This document shows positions 1-13,054 of a stretch of 64,000 nucleotides of DNA, one piece after another. A model generated the notes under the pieces. The model did not search any database. It was not told where the DNA came from and saw only the letters and a program-made list of their open reading frames with translations. The translations under genes and the position numbers were made by a program. Source of the DNA: Eledone cirrhosa (lineage: Eukaryota). Every line of letters starts with the position of its first letter. Positions within the stretch are counted from its first letter, which is position 1. The stretch lies in assembly GCA_964016885.1 (NCBI GenBank), contig OZ024742.1, forward strand, positions 287,494,001-287,558,000. Direction: 5' to 3'.

Positions 1-59
1 TTCTTTGATGGAACAATAGCATGTAACGGAATGGCTTCGTAGTTTTTATAAGAAAGTAA

Positions 60-479
60 ATTTACTCATTTTTTAAAAATCTTTCAATAACTAAATCTCT
101 TCACGTCGATTGTAAATCTGATATCAAAATAATTACACGCGCAAGGAAATTCCTTGTGTTAAAATACTTCATCCTAAATAAAATAAAAATGGAGGAAGTT
201 TGATGTTTGTATGAATGGGTTTTAAATTTGAATTTTAGACAACTTTTTTTTGGACATTTTTTTTTTTTTGCAAAAACAAAATTTACAATGAGAGATCATC
301 ACAGATATAACGAACATTTACGCACAATGAATGGACATGAGTTAAATACGGTTTGCAAATATCTCATAAAATTGTTTAGTAAACTAGGTTTAGGAACTAC
401 TGTTGATACTAATCGTAGCATAGTTAACGTTTTAGATATCGCCATAAATTTACATCTTGCCAACAGAACGACTCCCTAA
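60..479 (+). pseudogene. Degenerate Penelope-like element RT fragment
   Basis: Peptide KYLIKLFSKLGLGTTVDTNRSIVNVLDIAINL resembles KNLSSFFSNLGFSITIDSNLTRANFLDVTLDL of the PLE ORF at 49051-50952. Upstream SDIKIITRARKFL and FDVCM resemble EQVIILHARKTFL and FDVSMG. Confidence 0.6.
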
Positions 480-1031
480 TCTGTCACGAAAACTGGCATT
501 ACAAGTGCAATACCTCCCCAATGCGCGAAATTGTACGCAGATAATGTGGCTGACGAGGTAAGGATGCAGTTATCTGTTCGTCTTATATAACTGTGGGCAT
601 TTCCGGCTCACATACATGCATTTATATGTCTTTCAACTCTCAGTATATCTATCTTTATAAGTGAGAAGTAATAGTGATTCAAAATTTCATATTCAATTAT
701 ATATATTTATAAACTGGAAGTGAGGAGAAAGGAAAAAGGGGGGAACAAAGCAAAAAGTAAATTTAAAAAGATAAGAACGGAATGGGAACAAACTCTATTC
801 TTTTGGCAGGATGAGGTATCTCGGCTGTGCCCCACGGACAGGATGGCTTAAGAATTGCTGCGGAGAACAGCCAGCGATATCTGATTCATTAACAATTTCA
901 CTTCACAGGGCTTCTTTCTCAGGCGAGATGCCCACTTCTTGATTTGGGGGAAGAAGACAACTAACCTGGGACCAAGGAAACTGGAGGTCTCGATCTCCGC
1001 CTACCATGTATGTATGTATGTATGTATGTAT

Positions 1032-1400
1032 GGAGAAAGAAAACTCTGATATAACACCTGCAACCCTGATGGTATCCAATGATGTTGACTTGTTCTTCTT
1101 TTTGGTAAATATCATCTTGGTTAAGAGAGTGGGGCTGGTTTTGTGCATTGCCTTTGCTCACTATAAAAGCTTCACGGCACAGGCATTGCTTTATATCTGG
1201 AGATCTCTCTGCACTTGTCGTCACATGGTACCATGGGCCCAGCACTATGTGTCAATAATTGTCACAAGTGTAGTGTTTGTACCAGAGTTTTCAAGTCACT
1301 GGCTGGACTAAAAAGTCACACTCGTTCAGCGCATCGGTAGGGGTTCTGCTACATGGATATAAAGTAGTGGCTGTACTCGAAAACGAGTTGGCAGCCACCA
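1032..1400 (+). mobile_element. Bipartite RTE-derived non-autonomous retroelement, subfamily A (5'-truncated)
   Basis: Near-identical to copies at 11151-11759(-) and 23585-23970(-). Ends in hairpin GTGGCTG-TACTCG-AAAA-CGAGTTG-GCAGCCAC followed by (ATGT)n, and is preceded by (TATG)n. Confidence 0.85.
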
Positions 1401-1472
1401 TGTATGTATGTATGTATGTATGTATGTATGTATGTATGTATGTATGTATGTATGTATGTATGTATGTATGTA

Positions 1473-1600
1473 TGCACAGTCTTTCCTCACTTTAAAAAAT
1501 ATCTTCACGCACAGGCATTGCACGATAGAATTAATTAATAATTATTAATATATTATTAGTATATCGTGCAATGGCCATACTCGAGGGGCCAGCCATCATC
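1473..1600 (+). mobile_element. Bipartite RTE-derived element, subfamily B 3' end
   Basis: Matches the 3' part of 31100-31631. Contains the inverted repeat CATTGCACGATA...TATCGTGCAATG and has an (ATGT)n tail. Confidence 0.8.
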
Positions 1601-1735
1601 ATGTATGTATGTATGTATGTATGTATGCGCGCGCATGTGTGTGTGCATGCGAAAAGTAAATGGATGAACACAGGGAAACGATTCAGTACAGTGAAGATAT
1701 ACATTAGTTCAGTGCTTGATATACTAGGAAAAGTG

Positions 1736-1771
1736 TCTTAATGTTTCGGGCATGAGTATTTCATCAGAAGA
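1736..1771 (-). ncRNA. Degenerate minimal hammerhead-like motif (PLE terminus relic)
   Basis: Minus strand reads TCTT-CTGATGA-aatactcatgccc-GAAAC-att-AAGA. Core boxes and stem I are present, but stem II pairs poorly. Confidence 0.35.
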
Positions 1772-2715
1772 TGAATAAGATATAAAAGAAGAAATAGAAA
1801 GATAGACGAGGGTAAGGAGAAGAAAATGAAAACAAATCTTTCGGAGAGAAAGCAGGTGTGTGCTTAGTAATTTATTTTGGGAGTGCTGGTCAGAATGTAT
1901 CTTAGATATAAACGAAGATTTGAAAACTGGATAATCATTGTGTATTTTGACTGGACATGTGTGTGTGTGTGCATGTGCGTGCATGTGTATCTGTATGTGT
2001 GTGTGTATGTGTGTGTGTGTGCATGTGCGTGCATGTGTATCTGTATGTGTGTGTGTATGTGTGTGTGTGTGTTTGTTTGTTTGTACAAACTTGTGAAAGT
2101 ATGTGCGTCAGACTGTGACAAAGCTAACGTTGTTGTTGGTACTATAGTGGTGTAAGTGTGCATGTACTGATGAACGCAGGGAGTGACCAGTTGGGTAGAT
2201 GTGTAGGCCTTCACATGTATTTATATGTATATTCACACAGACATATGTGAGCGTTGTTTACGTATGTATGTGTACTACTGCGCATGTAGGCGCACACACA
2301 TGTAGAAGTCGTAGGATGTTGAAAGGAAAAGAAGGCCGTGGTATGCATGTACGTCACCTTTTCTCATGTCGTGGGTTTGGCCGTAAGATGCAAAGCATTA
2401 AGTAACACTACGACAATACAGCTCCAGACCGCTGAAATGTTAAGTGAGAAGTCACTGCGTACATGGAGGGGAATAGTGTAAGGATACCGTGTGAGGGCCA
2501 TTTGCTATAGTCGGCGCCCTCGTTCCGGCAATGAGTGCCAAGAAAACAGCCGCACGCACAGGAGACGCATGCATTCCAACACTCTCAAGCGAGAGCCATA
2601 AAATGTTGTATGTACGTGCATGTGCATGCATATACGCATGCATATGCACACGCGATATGCACGCACATGCATCTAAAGGTTTAAGGGAAGTGATAATGGA
2701 GGGGATGGTGTAGAC

Positions 2716-3033
2716 CAGTGGCCTCAAACCTTTTTTATACCACGGACCGGCTTCATGTCGGACAATCTTTCCTCGGACCGGCAGTTGGACATATGTGTTA
2801 TTTAAGTGCATTTCGATAATGAGAGCAATAATAAAAAGAGCAATTTATTAAAGGGAAGAAAAAGTGCATTGAGTATATGAATATTGAATATTTAAACAAA
2901 TCTTTTAAAATTAAAGTCCAATATTCAATTTATCTATTATATAATTTTAAACAAGTTAATCATTTCCTTGCGGCACGCTAGCAAATGATCCACGAACGGG
3001 TAAGGCGTGCGGCCTGATGGTTGGGGATCTCTG
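2716..3033. mobile_element. hAT (Charlie/MER1-like) MITE
   Basis: Imperfect TIRs CAGTGGCCTCAAACC...GGTTGGGGATCTCTG, internal GGACCGG motifs, and an 8-bp TSD GTGTAGAC/GTGTAGAT (2708-2715, 3034-3041). Confidence 0.8.
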
Positions 3034-3258
3034 GTGTAGATGATGTTTAGAGTCACTGCATATGGAGATAGACCGCGTAGAATATATAGAAATCTCAAAC
3101 ACAGAAAATAATTGCCACCTTAAAGGTACGAAGTTCGACTTTTCGTAGCGGCACCTGGCTATTTTCTCCCGTCTATAGGGATATTTTACTTGATTTTATA
3201 AGCTATTATTTATAGCAATCGACTGCGGTTGAGATTTCTACAATTTCTAAGATTATAA

Positions 3259-3430
3259 TATGTATTTGTATAAAGACATGGGTGTGCATACATCCATACG
3301 TATGTATTTGTATAAAGACATGGGTGTGCATACATCCATACGTATGTATTTGTATAAAGACATGGGTGAGCATGCATCCATACGTATGTATTTGTATAAA
3401 GACATGGGTGAGCATGCATCCATACGTATG
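3259..3430. repeat. 42-bp minisatellite, about 4 copies
   Basis: Unit TATGTATTTGTATAAAGACATGGGTG(T/A)GCAT(A/G)CATCCATACG. Confidence 0.9.
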
Positions 3431-3464
3431 TGTATGTATGCCCAAACTGCATGTATATACATGT

Positions 3465-3565
3465 ATTCTCGTCGGGCTCGTATCTGCGGGTCAGCCAACT
3501 TAGTTCTGATAGCAGTGAGTAGGGATGTGGTCCGGGGGTCAAGCACGCCGGTTGACCTAGAACTA
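3465..3565 (-). pseudogene. CRE-clade non-LTR retrotransposon endonuclease fragment
   Basis: Translates STGVLDPRTTSLLTAIRTKLA. Shares GATAGCAGTGAGTAGGGAT with the longer fragment at 33640-33855. Confidence 0.55.
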
Positions 3566-3599
3566 TACAATAACAACACATATACACAGATATACATAT

Positions 3600-4135
3600 A
3601 TATATACATATACACATACACAAATATGAAGACACTCATACATAAACACACACACACTCAAACACGCACACTCACACACATATATACATGCACAAACTAA
3701 CACAGACATGCACATGTAGTTACATACACAATACCCGTTCTATTCACATGCTTACCTTTTATATAACAGATATATACACACACGGAGAGATTCATACACA
3801 AACACACACAGACACATACATTCATATACACATATGAAGACACTCATACGCAAAGAGACACACATTCAAATACGTACACACAGACACATATATACATGCA
3901 CAAATGAACACAGCTGCACATATAGTTATATACACAATACCCGTTCTATTCATATGCATACCTTTTATACAACAAATATATACACACATGGAGAGATTCA
4001 AACATAAACATACACACACTCAAACACGTACACACAGACACATACATACATGCACAAACTACCACAGATGCACATGTAGTTACATACACAATACCCGCTC
4101 TATTCACATACAGACCTTTTATACAACAGATATAC
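3600..4135. repeat. Degenerate 150-200 bp tandem repeat (about 3 units) built on CA/TA microsatellite
   Basis: ACACAATACCCG(T/C)TCTATTCA recurs near 3726, 3932 and 4086 with shared flanks. Confidence 0.75.
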
Positions 4136-4619
4136 AAGCTATTTGCTAAACAACATGACACAAATTACATTGCCACTGTCTGAATTATTTCTATTACTTT
4201 TCGCCAACGCAGAACATCGCTAGTTTAAACAGTACAAAGGGTGGATTTCCGTTGACAAATGAAATATTTTTAAGCCTACCCATTTAGCCTATTTTTTAGT
4301 GAAAAATGCGAGAAATTTAATCTTAAAAAGAAAATCAGAACTGTAGGATAGCATTATACTTCAAAGTAATGAAAGCTAAACGCCAGAACAAACCTAGTAA
4401 AAGGAAAAGAACGAGGAAAGTAGCAACGAGACATCTAATGACTAATTTACTTTTTTTGCTGTCATGTCCATAGACTGATGGTAAAAGGATAACGAGTCCT
4501 TTATGTAAATATTCCTTTGTTATCCTTCTTCTGTAACCAAATCAGAGGGAGGGAGGGAGAGAGAGAGAGAGACGGAGGGAGAGAGAAAGAAAGAAAGAAA
4601 GAACTAGGAGAAATTATCC

Positions 4620-4740
4620 TAGTATTTGACCAGTACTTCATTAATAGATACATGAAAGAATGAAAAGTAAAGTTGACCTCGGCGAGATTTGAACTCAGAA
4701 AGATCACCAGAACACATACTGCCAAGGTTTGCCAATCCAT
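4620..4740 (-). mobile_element. tRNA-derived SINE family 1 fragment
   Basis: GAATGAAAAGTAAAGTTGACCTCGGCGAGATTTGAACTCAGAA matches the copies at 19.7k, 32.4k, 54.1k and 56.4k. B-box-like GAGTTCAAAT lies on the sense strand. Confidence 0.75.
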
Positions 4741-5535
4741 TGCCTGCAGCTATGAAACCTTGTATGTGTAGCGAATACATCAAACCATACTTGTTAATTC
4801 TCTTGGCATGCTGATGGCGTGTGGTTATGCACTCTATAGTTTAAAAGTGATTACCTTATTTAAAAGTTTGCGGTTTAAAATGTGCGAGTTATATCATTGA
4901 CATATGCCAGCAATGAAATGTCGTTATTATACACCTTGTTATTAAAAGTGTATTTATGAAAAATAGATATATTGTTTACAGTGTCAAATTCAAACTTTAA
5001 ATTATAGAATTTGCTGAAGGGATCAACTATGCAACATCTAGGAAATTTGGCGTCGTTGGTAGCAGCATTAAGCTATATAGAAAAAAAAAGCTCAATTGCA
5101 CATTACAGCCCCAACCCTGGAATACACAAATATATAAACCCCACACGAGACAGACCCTCGTAACAGCATTGGGTACTTTAACCAGCGAATCGCCTGTAAC
5201 TATAGTTACACACATACCTACGATATATATATATATAATTGTTGATAATTATATATTTAAGAAAATATAAAAGTCAACATGGCGAAAAGTACAGGAGAAT
5301 AATAAAATGCAATGATGATATATATTAGTTTAACATTTGATATAGTATCAAACGAGAATCAACATTTCTGATTTTAGTCTTTCATCGGAAGATAGAATGA
5401 GTGACAGAAGAAAAGATATTTTACAGAGAAGAAATAGAAAGATATGCGAGAATAAAAAAAATGAAAAGATTAGATAAGAAGAAAGTACCTGTAAGTTAGG
5501 CAGTGACTTGGGATGACCCCTGCTTAGTGTGTGTG

Positions 5536-5624
<89 letters not shown>

Positions 5625-5759
5625 GTGTAGATGTCTGTATGTGCGTATATTCACAGGTGCACATCTGAGCTAGGTCAACTATACATACGTACATACACGT
5701 ATGCGTATTCATGTAAACATACACAAATAAAAGCACTCTTTGTGTGGTGCAAATACACA

Positions 5760-5808
<49 letters not shown>

Positions 5809-5844
5809 ACACACACACATATATATATATATACATGCACGCAC

Positions 5845-7680
5845 ACATGATGGCTGCAAACTCGTGTTCGAGCATTGCCATCGTCTGATAAAATGCTAAA
5901 AAGTGTGAAGCACGAATGAGGCTCTTTAAACCAGCCAAAGACATGCACTCTCTGGCACACATATGGCAACTGTAGGCTCCTCTGGGACATTCCACTGCTT
6001 GCTTCTGTGTGTTTTCATATGTCTTTTAAGACCTCCCATGCTTGCACATTCCTTACCACATTCCTTACACCTTTTTAGATCATAATCTACATGAGGTCTA
6101 CTGATATGACTTTGTTCATGTCTAATCATACCAGATTTGCTCAGGCACACTCGACCATAGTGCTGGCAAACCAGACATTGCTCAACAGCAGGCAGTTCAA
6201 AACAGTCTCTTTTCCCCATCTTCCTTTTCAGTGTTAGGTGTTCTCTTCGACGAGTTTCAAAGTGTTCACTTCCTGACTTAATCAAACGTCTCCACTTCAC
6301 ACGCTCCTCAGCCATTTTATCCCATTCGTCAGATGAAATTCCAGCGCAAGTCCCGGTAACGCATTTTTTATTTGTGTGCCGGTCGCCTTTCTTCGCATAG
6401 TTCACCGTAGAGAAGTTAATTTGGAATACGATCATCAGACATCCAGACCACGTGACCGCACCACCTCAACCGGTGCCTAAAGATCATGCTCTCTATGCTC
6501 ATGCACCTGCTCCGTTCGAGAACTTCCAAATAACTGACGAACAATTTCTATCGCACCTAAAGTATCTTATGAAGAGATTGTTGGTGAAACCGTTCCAGTT
6601 CCTTGAGGTGCTTTCTGTATGTGACCCACGTTTCACAACTTTGGAGGGCAACCAAGCTTTTCCAAAATTTGCCACATCGCAGTTCGATTGACGGTGTGAA
6701 AGGCCTTTGTCAAGTCAACAAAAACATGGTAAAGGTTCATACATTGTTCGATACACTTTTCTTGCAGCTGCCGAGCAGAAAAGATCATATCCACTGTTCC
6801 TCTTTCGTTTCTGAATCCACAATCTATCCATCAAAATTCGACACATGACTTTACCAACTACTGAAAGAAGTGATATGCCACGATAATTGCCACATTTGTC
6901 TTTCCCACCTCTTTCTTTATGGAGAATCACCATGAGCGCATCCTTCCAATCTTGTGGGACACTCTCATCTTCCCACACCTTTTTCATAAGGTCAGTCAGG
7001 CGCTGCGTGAATTTTTCAACACCGCACTTCAAAACCTCTGCACTCAGACCATCCACAATTCAACTTATGCACAGCAGAATTCACCTCTGCAAGAGAAGGT
7101 ACATTAGCCATCTCATGCTTCACTGGTTCAATAGGAATGGAGCAAATGAAATCATCATCAATCTGGGATGGCTGGTACAAGAGCTCATCGAAGTGATCTC
7201 TCCATCTGTCGAGTATGTCTTTTTGGATCGCGCAGTGACTGCTTGCTATCTTTCGATCTCAAAGGTGTCACTGGTGAGCTGAAAGGGCCATACACTTCTC
7301 TGAGTAGAGTGTGCAGCAGTTTCACATTTTTGCCATTAGATGCTGCTTGAACTTCATCTGCTTTGTTGCCTCACCAGTAATTTTGCATGGTCCTGGGTTT
7401 CACCTGCACCTTCTTTACCTGTCTCCTTTACCTGACAAAATTGTCAACAACAGAACTTAAAGAACTGCATCGAGTGCCTTTTGTTTTCTGTCCAGCAGAG
7501 CCTTGACCTCCTGGTCATTCTCATCAAACCAGTCCTTGAATTTTCTTGTGACAAAGTCAAGGACCTCTGCTGAAACATCATAGACCGAGCTCCTGAAGTC
7601 ATTCAAGTTGTTCGCACAATCAATGCTTTCAAGCCTGCGACGCACCTCTTCCTTGACACCTTTATCTTTTGGTACCACGA
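5845..7680 (-). mobile_element. Decayed, internally deleted RTE-clade LINE (partial ORF with RT N-terminus and three C2H2 fingers)
   Basis: KDWFDEND, DGLSAEVLK, VPQDWKDA...CGNYRGISLLSVVGKV and C-terminal CxxC-x12-H fingers are visible. It has a 3' hairpin and a microsatellite tail, plus stops and frameshifts. No YADD segment is seen. Confidence 0.9.
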
Positions 7681-7681
7681 G

Positions 7682-10668
7682 CCTTTTTGCTGAGAACGCG
7701 AACCACTATGTGCATCCATGTTCGTTTGTGAATGAAGTCAGGAAACGCCAGAGAGGTTCTCTGAGGGCGGCAGTCGACCTCAGCGTAAAGCTCCCAAACC
7801 GCCACTTGTTCATCAAGGACCTCCTGTCTGGAAGAGGCTTCCTCGTGGATACAGGAGCCTCCGTTAGTATTTGGCCGGTCCTTTGCCCTAAGGATACCCC
7901 GTGGAGTCATCCGTTACTTTGCAGGCTGTTAACCACTCGCCTATAAAGACGTACGGACAAATCTCGCTTCCTCTCAAATTCCAAAATCTTCGTAGGGATT
8001 TTAAATGGATTTTTACGGTCGCTGACTTGCCATACCCAATCTTAGCAGCGGATTTCCTTCACAATTTCTCCTTGACTGTGGATGTCCGAGGCCAACGTCT
8101 GGTGGATGACATCACCGGTTTCTCAATTCGTGGCCGAAAAGCCAATGCTCCAACGATCAGCCCAATATTCTTCATCGCTGCCGCTGGAGACGCCTACCAT
8201 TCGTTGTTAGGATCCTTCCCGGAGCTCACCGATGGAAATTTTCGAGTTACTGAGCCAACTCACTCAACCGAACATTTTATTTCCACAACCGGTGCTCCAG
8301 TATTTTCACGTCCACGTCGTTTACCGGCGGACAAGTTAAAGGCAACACGGTCTGAGTTCGACCATATGTTGCAGCTGGGCATTATTCGCCCATCTACGAG
8401 TCCTTGGGCGTTACATATGGTGCCCAAGACTTCTGGCGACTGGAGACCCACTGGGGATTATAGGAGGTTAAACGCGATGACCGTCCCGGATAGATATCCG
8501 ATTCCCTATCCCCAGGATTTCGCATCTTCGTTGCAGGGTTGTAAGATTTTCTCCAAACTCGATTTAGTGCGAGCTTACCACCAAATTCCGGCGAGGAAGG
8601 AAGACATTCCGAAAACAGCTATTGCGACTCCTTTCGGATCCTTCAAGTTTTTGACCATGCCTTTCGGACTCAGCAATGCCGCTAGCACTTTTCAGCGGTT
8701 CATAGACGAGGTCACTCGTGGTCTGGACTTCGTTTATGCATATATAGATGATCTTCTCGTCGCTAGTTCCTCTCCAGAAGAGCATATGCGTCACCTGAAC
8801 CTTTTATTTCGTCGACTCCAGGATTACCGCGTTCGAGTGAATCCCGAAAAGTGTGTTTTCGGATCCGCTTCACTGAATTTTTTAGGTCACATCATCGAAG
8901 CTGAGGGTATTCAACCCCTTCCGTAGCGAGTTAAGGCTATACAGGATTTACCTCCGCCTACTACACTTCACCAGTTGCGTCACTTCCTAGACCTAATTAA
9001 TTTTTATAGACGTTTCGTTCCTCAATGTGCAAAATTACTGTTTTCCCTTACCGAGATTTTGAAAAATCGTCGTAAGAAGAATGAGGATATTTCCTTGACA
9101 CAAGGACAATTCGAAGATTTCCAGACTGCCAAGACAGCACTTGCTAATTCATCTTTGCTAGCCCACCCAGTACCAGAGGCCAAGATTTCGTTTTGTGTCG
9201 ATGCATCTGATACCGCTGTGGCAGCATTTTTACAACAGTATAACGCTAAAAACCAACAACCTTTGGCATTTTTCTCCAGGAAGCTGAAACCAGCTGAAAT
9301 CAGCAGAAACTCGTTACAGCACGTTGGTCGGGAGTTATTAGCCATATATCTGTCGTTGAAATATTTTTCTCATATTCTTGAGGGAAGAAATTTTACGGTT
9401 TTCACTGACCACAAACCTCTGACCTTCACTTTGAGGGATACAGCCGATAAATATTCGCCCAGAGGGACAAGGCACCTTGGTTTCATTTTGCAATTTACAA
9501 ATGATATACAGCACATTGCTGGCTCACTAAATACAGCTGCAGACGCCTTATCACGCTTGCCAAGCAGCTCGATTTCGTCATCCCAGGAGATAGATTTAAG
9601 TCGTTTGGCAGCAGACCAACCTGCACTCGAATCGTTGCGAATTTGCGACTTGCAACCTGAAATATCTGCCCTTGTCGACTACCGACAGGCAGATCCTCTG
9701 CGACGTATCTACGGATTCACCACGACCTTATGTTCCGAGACTCACCGCCGAATTGTGTTCCTTGCTTTGCACAGCATTTCTCACCCAGGATCTTCAGCCA
9801 CAGTAAAGCTCATAACGGCTAGATTTTTCTGGCTAATTATGAGCGAGAAATTACTGCCTGGTGCCGTTCTTGCATACAGTGTCAAAAATCTAAAGTCCAC
9901 AGACACATCCGGACTCCACTTGGTACTTTCAGTACTCCGGATGCTCGTTTTCAACACCGATATCGTTGGACCTTGGCCATTCAGTAGTTGATATTCTTAC
10001 CTTTTGACCTGCATTAGGACATTACCGCCGAGACGATAGCGCGTGCCCTGGTATCAGGGTGGATTGCCCGCTATGGAGTGCCAACCACAATTACCACAGA
10101 CCGTGGTAGGCAATTTGAATCTCATCTTTTCTCAGAGCTGACAAAATTTATTGCCGCTCAACGCATTCGGACCACAGCTTATCATCCTGCTTCGAACGGA
10201 ATGGTGGAACGTTTTCACCGCCAATTAAAGACCGCTCTTCGCGCCTATCCAGACTCTCTACGTTGGAGCGAGTACCTTCCTATTGTGTTATTAGGAATTC
10301 GGTCATCAATAAAGGAGGACCTTGGGTTCTCCCCGGCCGAATTATTGTATGGTGCTCCTCTAGCGTTGCCTGGGCAAATGCTTGCCCCTGTTGATCTTGC
10401 TTTTCAAGATCCTCTTTCCTACGTATCTCGTTTGCGTTCCTATTTTCAGGACTTACCGCCTATGGATACTAGGAAACAAACTATTAAAACTGCAGTCCCG
10501 AGGGATATTGCCTCGTGGACACACGTCTTTGTCAGAAACGACGCGGTTAGTCCACCCCTCACACAACTCTGGACACACCGTGTGTTAACACGTACTGACA
10601 AACATTTTACAGTAGACATTAGGGGATCCAGAGAGACAATTTCGGTGGATAGACTAAAAAGGGCATAC
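7682..10668 (+). mobile_element. Ty3/Gypsy LTR retrotransposon internal region (gag end-PR-RT-RH-IN), pseudogenised, no LTRs visible
   Basis: FLVDTGASVS protease, [37 protein letters not shown] RNase H and [28 protein letters not shown] integrase motifs, in Gypsy order with stops and frameshifts. Confidence 0.95.
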
Positions 10669-10738
10669 ACTTCCGCACGCACACATAGATACCTACATTC
10701 ATACATACATACACATACATACATACACACACACACAT

Positions 10739-10863
<125 letters not shown>

Positions 10864-11150
10864 TAGGTATGTGTCTGTGCATTTGGGAATGTATAAATAA
10901 GAGCATACATAAGTTCGTGTTTGTGGTATTTGGGCGTGTCTGTTTTTTAATAAATTGCCCGCATTTGTGTTCACATATTTGTACATGCATACTTCCCCAC
11001 CAAACTATCAGCTAGTCTGCTCATGTGACAAAAGTTTTTCACTTCCTTGTATGATTATACGCATACATACAGACATATATACATACATACATATATACAT
11101 ATATACATACATATATACATACACACATATTTACTTACATATATACTTAC

Positions 11151-11759
11151 ATGGTGGCTGCCAACTCGTTTTCGAGTACGGCCACTACTTTATATCCATG
11201 TAGGAGAACTCCTACCGATGCGCTGAACGAGTGTGACTTTTTAGTCCAGCCAGCGACTTGAAAACTGGCACAATCACTACACTTGTGACAATTATTGACA
11301 CATAGTGTTGGGCCCATGGTACCACGTGATGACAAGTGCAGAGAGATCTCCAGATATAAAGCAATGCCTGTGCCGTGAAGCTTTTATAGTGAGCAAAGGC
11401 AATGCACAAAGCCAGTCCCACTCTCTTAACCAAGATGATATTTACCAAAAAGAAGAACAAGTCAACATCATTGGATACCATCAGGGTTGCAGGTGTTATA
11501 TCAGAGTTTTCCTTCTCCTAGAATTCTGCCTTGACAAAGGCTAAGGAGTCATCTCTCCCGGTGATTTTAGATGGCCATTGACTCTTAAGAGCTCCTTTGC
11601 CCTTTTGACAGGTTTTGTTTTTAGTCCTGTAGGATGTCCAAAGTCACCCTCCTCACCAAGAAACCTTGGTGGGGTTGCCAGTTTAGTCGCCAACGACCCG
11701 ACCATGAGACAGGTTGTACTGGGATACATGTTACCAGTAGCACCAACTGGTGACCTGAT
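11151..11759 (-). mobile_element. Bipartite RTE-derived non-autonomous element, subfamily A (longest copy, about 610 bp)
   Basis: The 5' half is shared with 31100-31500. The 3' half is shared with 1032-1400 and 23585-23970. Flanked by TACA-type repeats. Confidence 0.85.
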
Positions 11760-12154
11760 ATACTTACATACATGCATATATACATACATACATACAAACA
11801 TACATACATATATACATCCATACGTATATAATACATATACTTACATTTGTAGATATGTGCGCACACACATGTTTATATGTTTGTAATATTAATTTTAATA
11901 CGATTGCTAATACAAAAATTGCTAATAGCAAAACGTGGTATTGGATGTCTCTTACATTCAGTTTAGCAAAGACGTTTCTCTATAACGAGAGTTGGTTTCT
12001 ACTGCCGCAACGAAAGCAACCCCTCTACTCCGCCTGGTTAAGCAATATTCTGATGCACATGTATTTGTTAGCGGGTACAGGTGGAGGCGTTTTACCAGCA
12101 GTAGCTATCGTCAGATAGTACAAACACTTATTCTACATCATATCCACCCGTCTT

Positions 12155-12432
12155 CATTTCTTTGTGGTTAGAATGTCTCAGGAAAGAATAGCTGGACAGA
12201 TTGTACAGGCAAAACCAACCGGCAGGAGACCCAAGAAAGATGGTAGGATAACATCCATGAGTTCGGTTGGTCACGCTTAGTGATCCAGGCGGATCAGTTG
12301 GAAACGGTTGCTGACAGGGCCCGCTAGAAAGAAGAAGAAGAAGAAGAAGAAGAAGAAGAAGAAGAAGAAGAAGAAGAAGAAGAAGAAGAAGAAGAAGAAG
12401 AAGAAGAAGAAGAAGAAGAAGAAGAAGAAGAA
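12155..12432 (+). mobile_element. 3' end of a second RTE-like LINE family with (GAA)n tail
   Basis: Decayed RMSQERIA..QAKPTGRRP..DNIHE.GWSRL peptide followed by a long (GAA)n. Homologous copies lie at 30414-30700(-) and 35240-35520(-). Confidence 0.75.
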
Positions 12433-12932
12433 ATATATTTTTAAATCACACTACTGCAATGTGTCAACTTACGTCCTCAACACCAAACACTTTCAAACAG
12501 CCTCAATTATTCGAACTCGTCATTGTTATGCCATTTCCAGACTGACTGCATTCTGCAGCAAATATACTTCACCCCATCCAGTGTAAGACAATATAAGTGG
12601 GGATTGAAAACATCATACTTTGTTCACATCTGTAAAACAACTGAAACCCATAAACGCCAAATCATCACGTCATCGACTTAAGGTTATGCTTGTAGCAGGG
12701 CAAGCAAAGAACACTGTCTACAACACTTGGAAGAAACCATCCATCATATTTTGGCAAAGGCTTCATTACTTTATGTCCCAGGTTGCAGCTCAACTTTCTG
12801 TTCCCTAGTGAAGAGACATTTCAATCAATTTTATGAAATCCTTCTTCCCACCACTCTTCAACTAAACTTGGTCTGTTCGTAGTACATCTGCAGAAATAAA
12901 CTCTCCATATTTGCTGCCCGCTTTGCTCCCTG

Positions 12933-13054
12933 TTTACGTGACAGTGGTGTGTAGCTGGTGGTGAGATTAGAAAGATATTTAGCATGTACTGCGTACAGTA
13001 CATGCTAAATATCTTTCTAATCTCACCACCAGCTACACACTACTGTCACGTAAA
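12933..13054. repeat. Near-perfect 122-bp palindrome (59-bp arms, 4-nt loop)
   Basis: TTTACGTGACAGT...GCATGTACTG-cgta-CAGTACATGC...ACTGTCACGTAAA, with one G:T mismatch. Confidence 0.95.

Noticed and set aside
3259-3430. CRISPR-like regular repeats (also 18397-18489)
   Set aside because: Head-to-tail tandem units without unique spacers, in a eukaryotic context with no cas genes.
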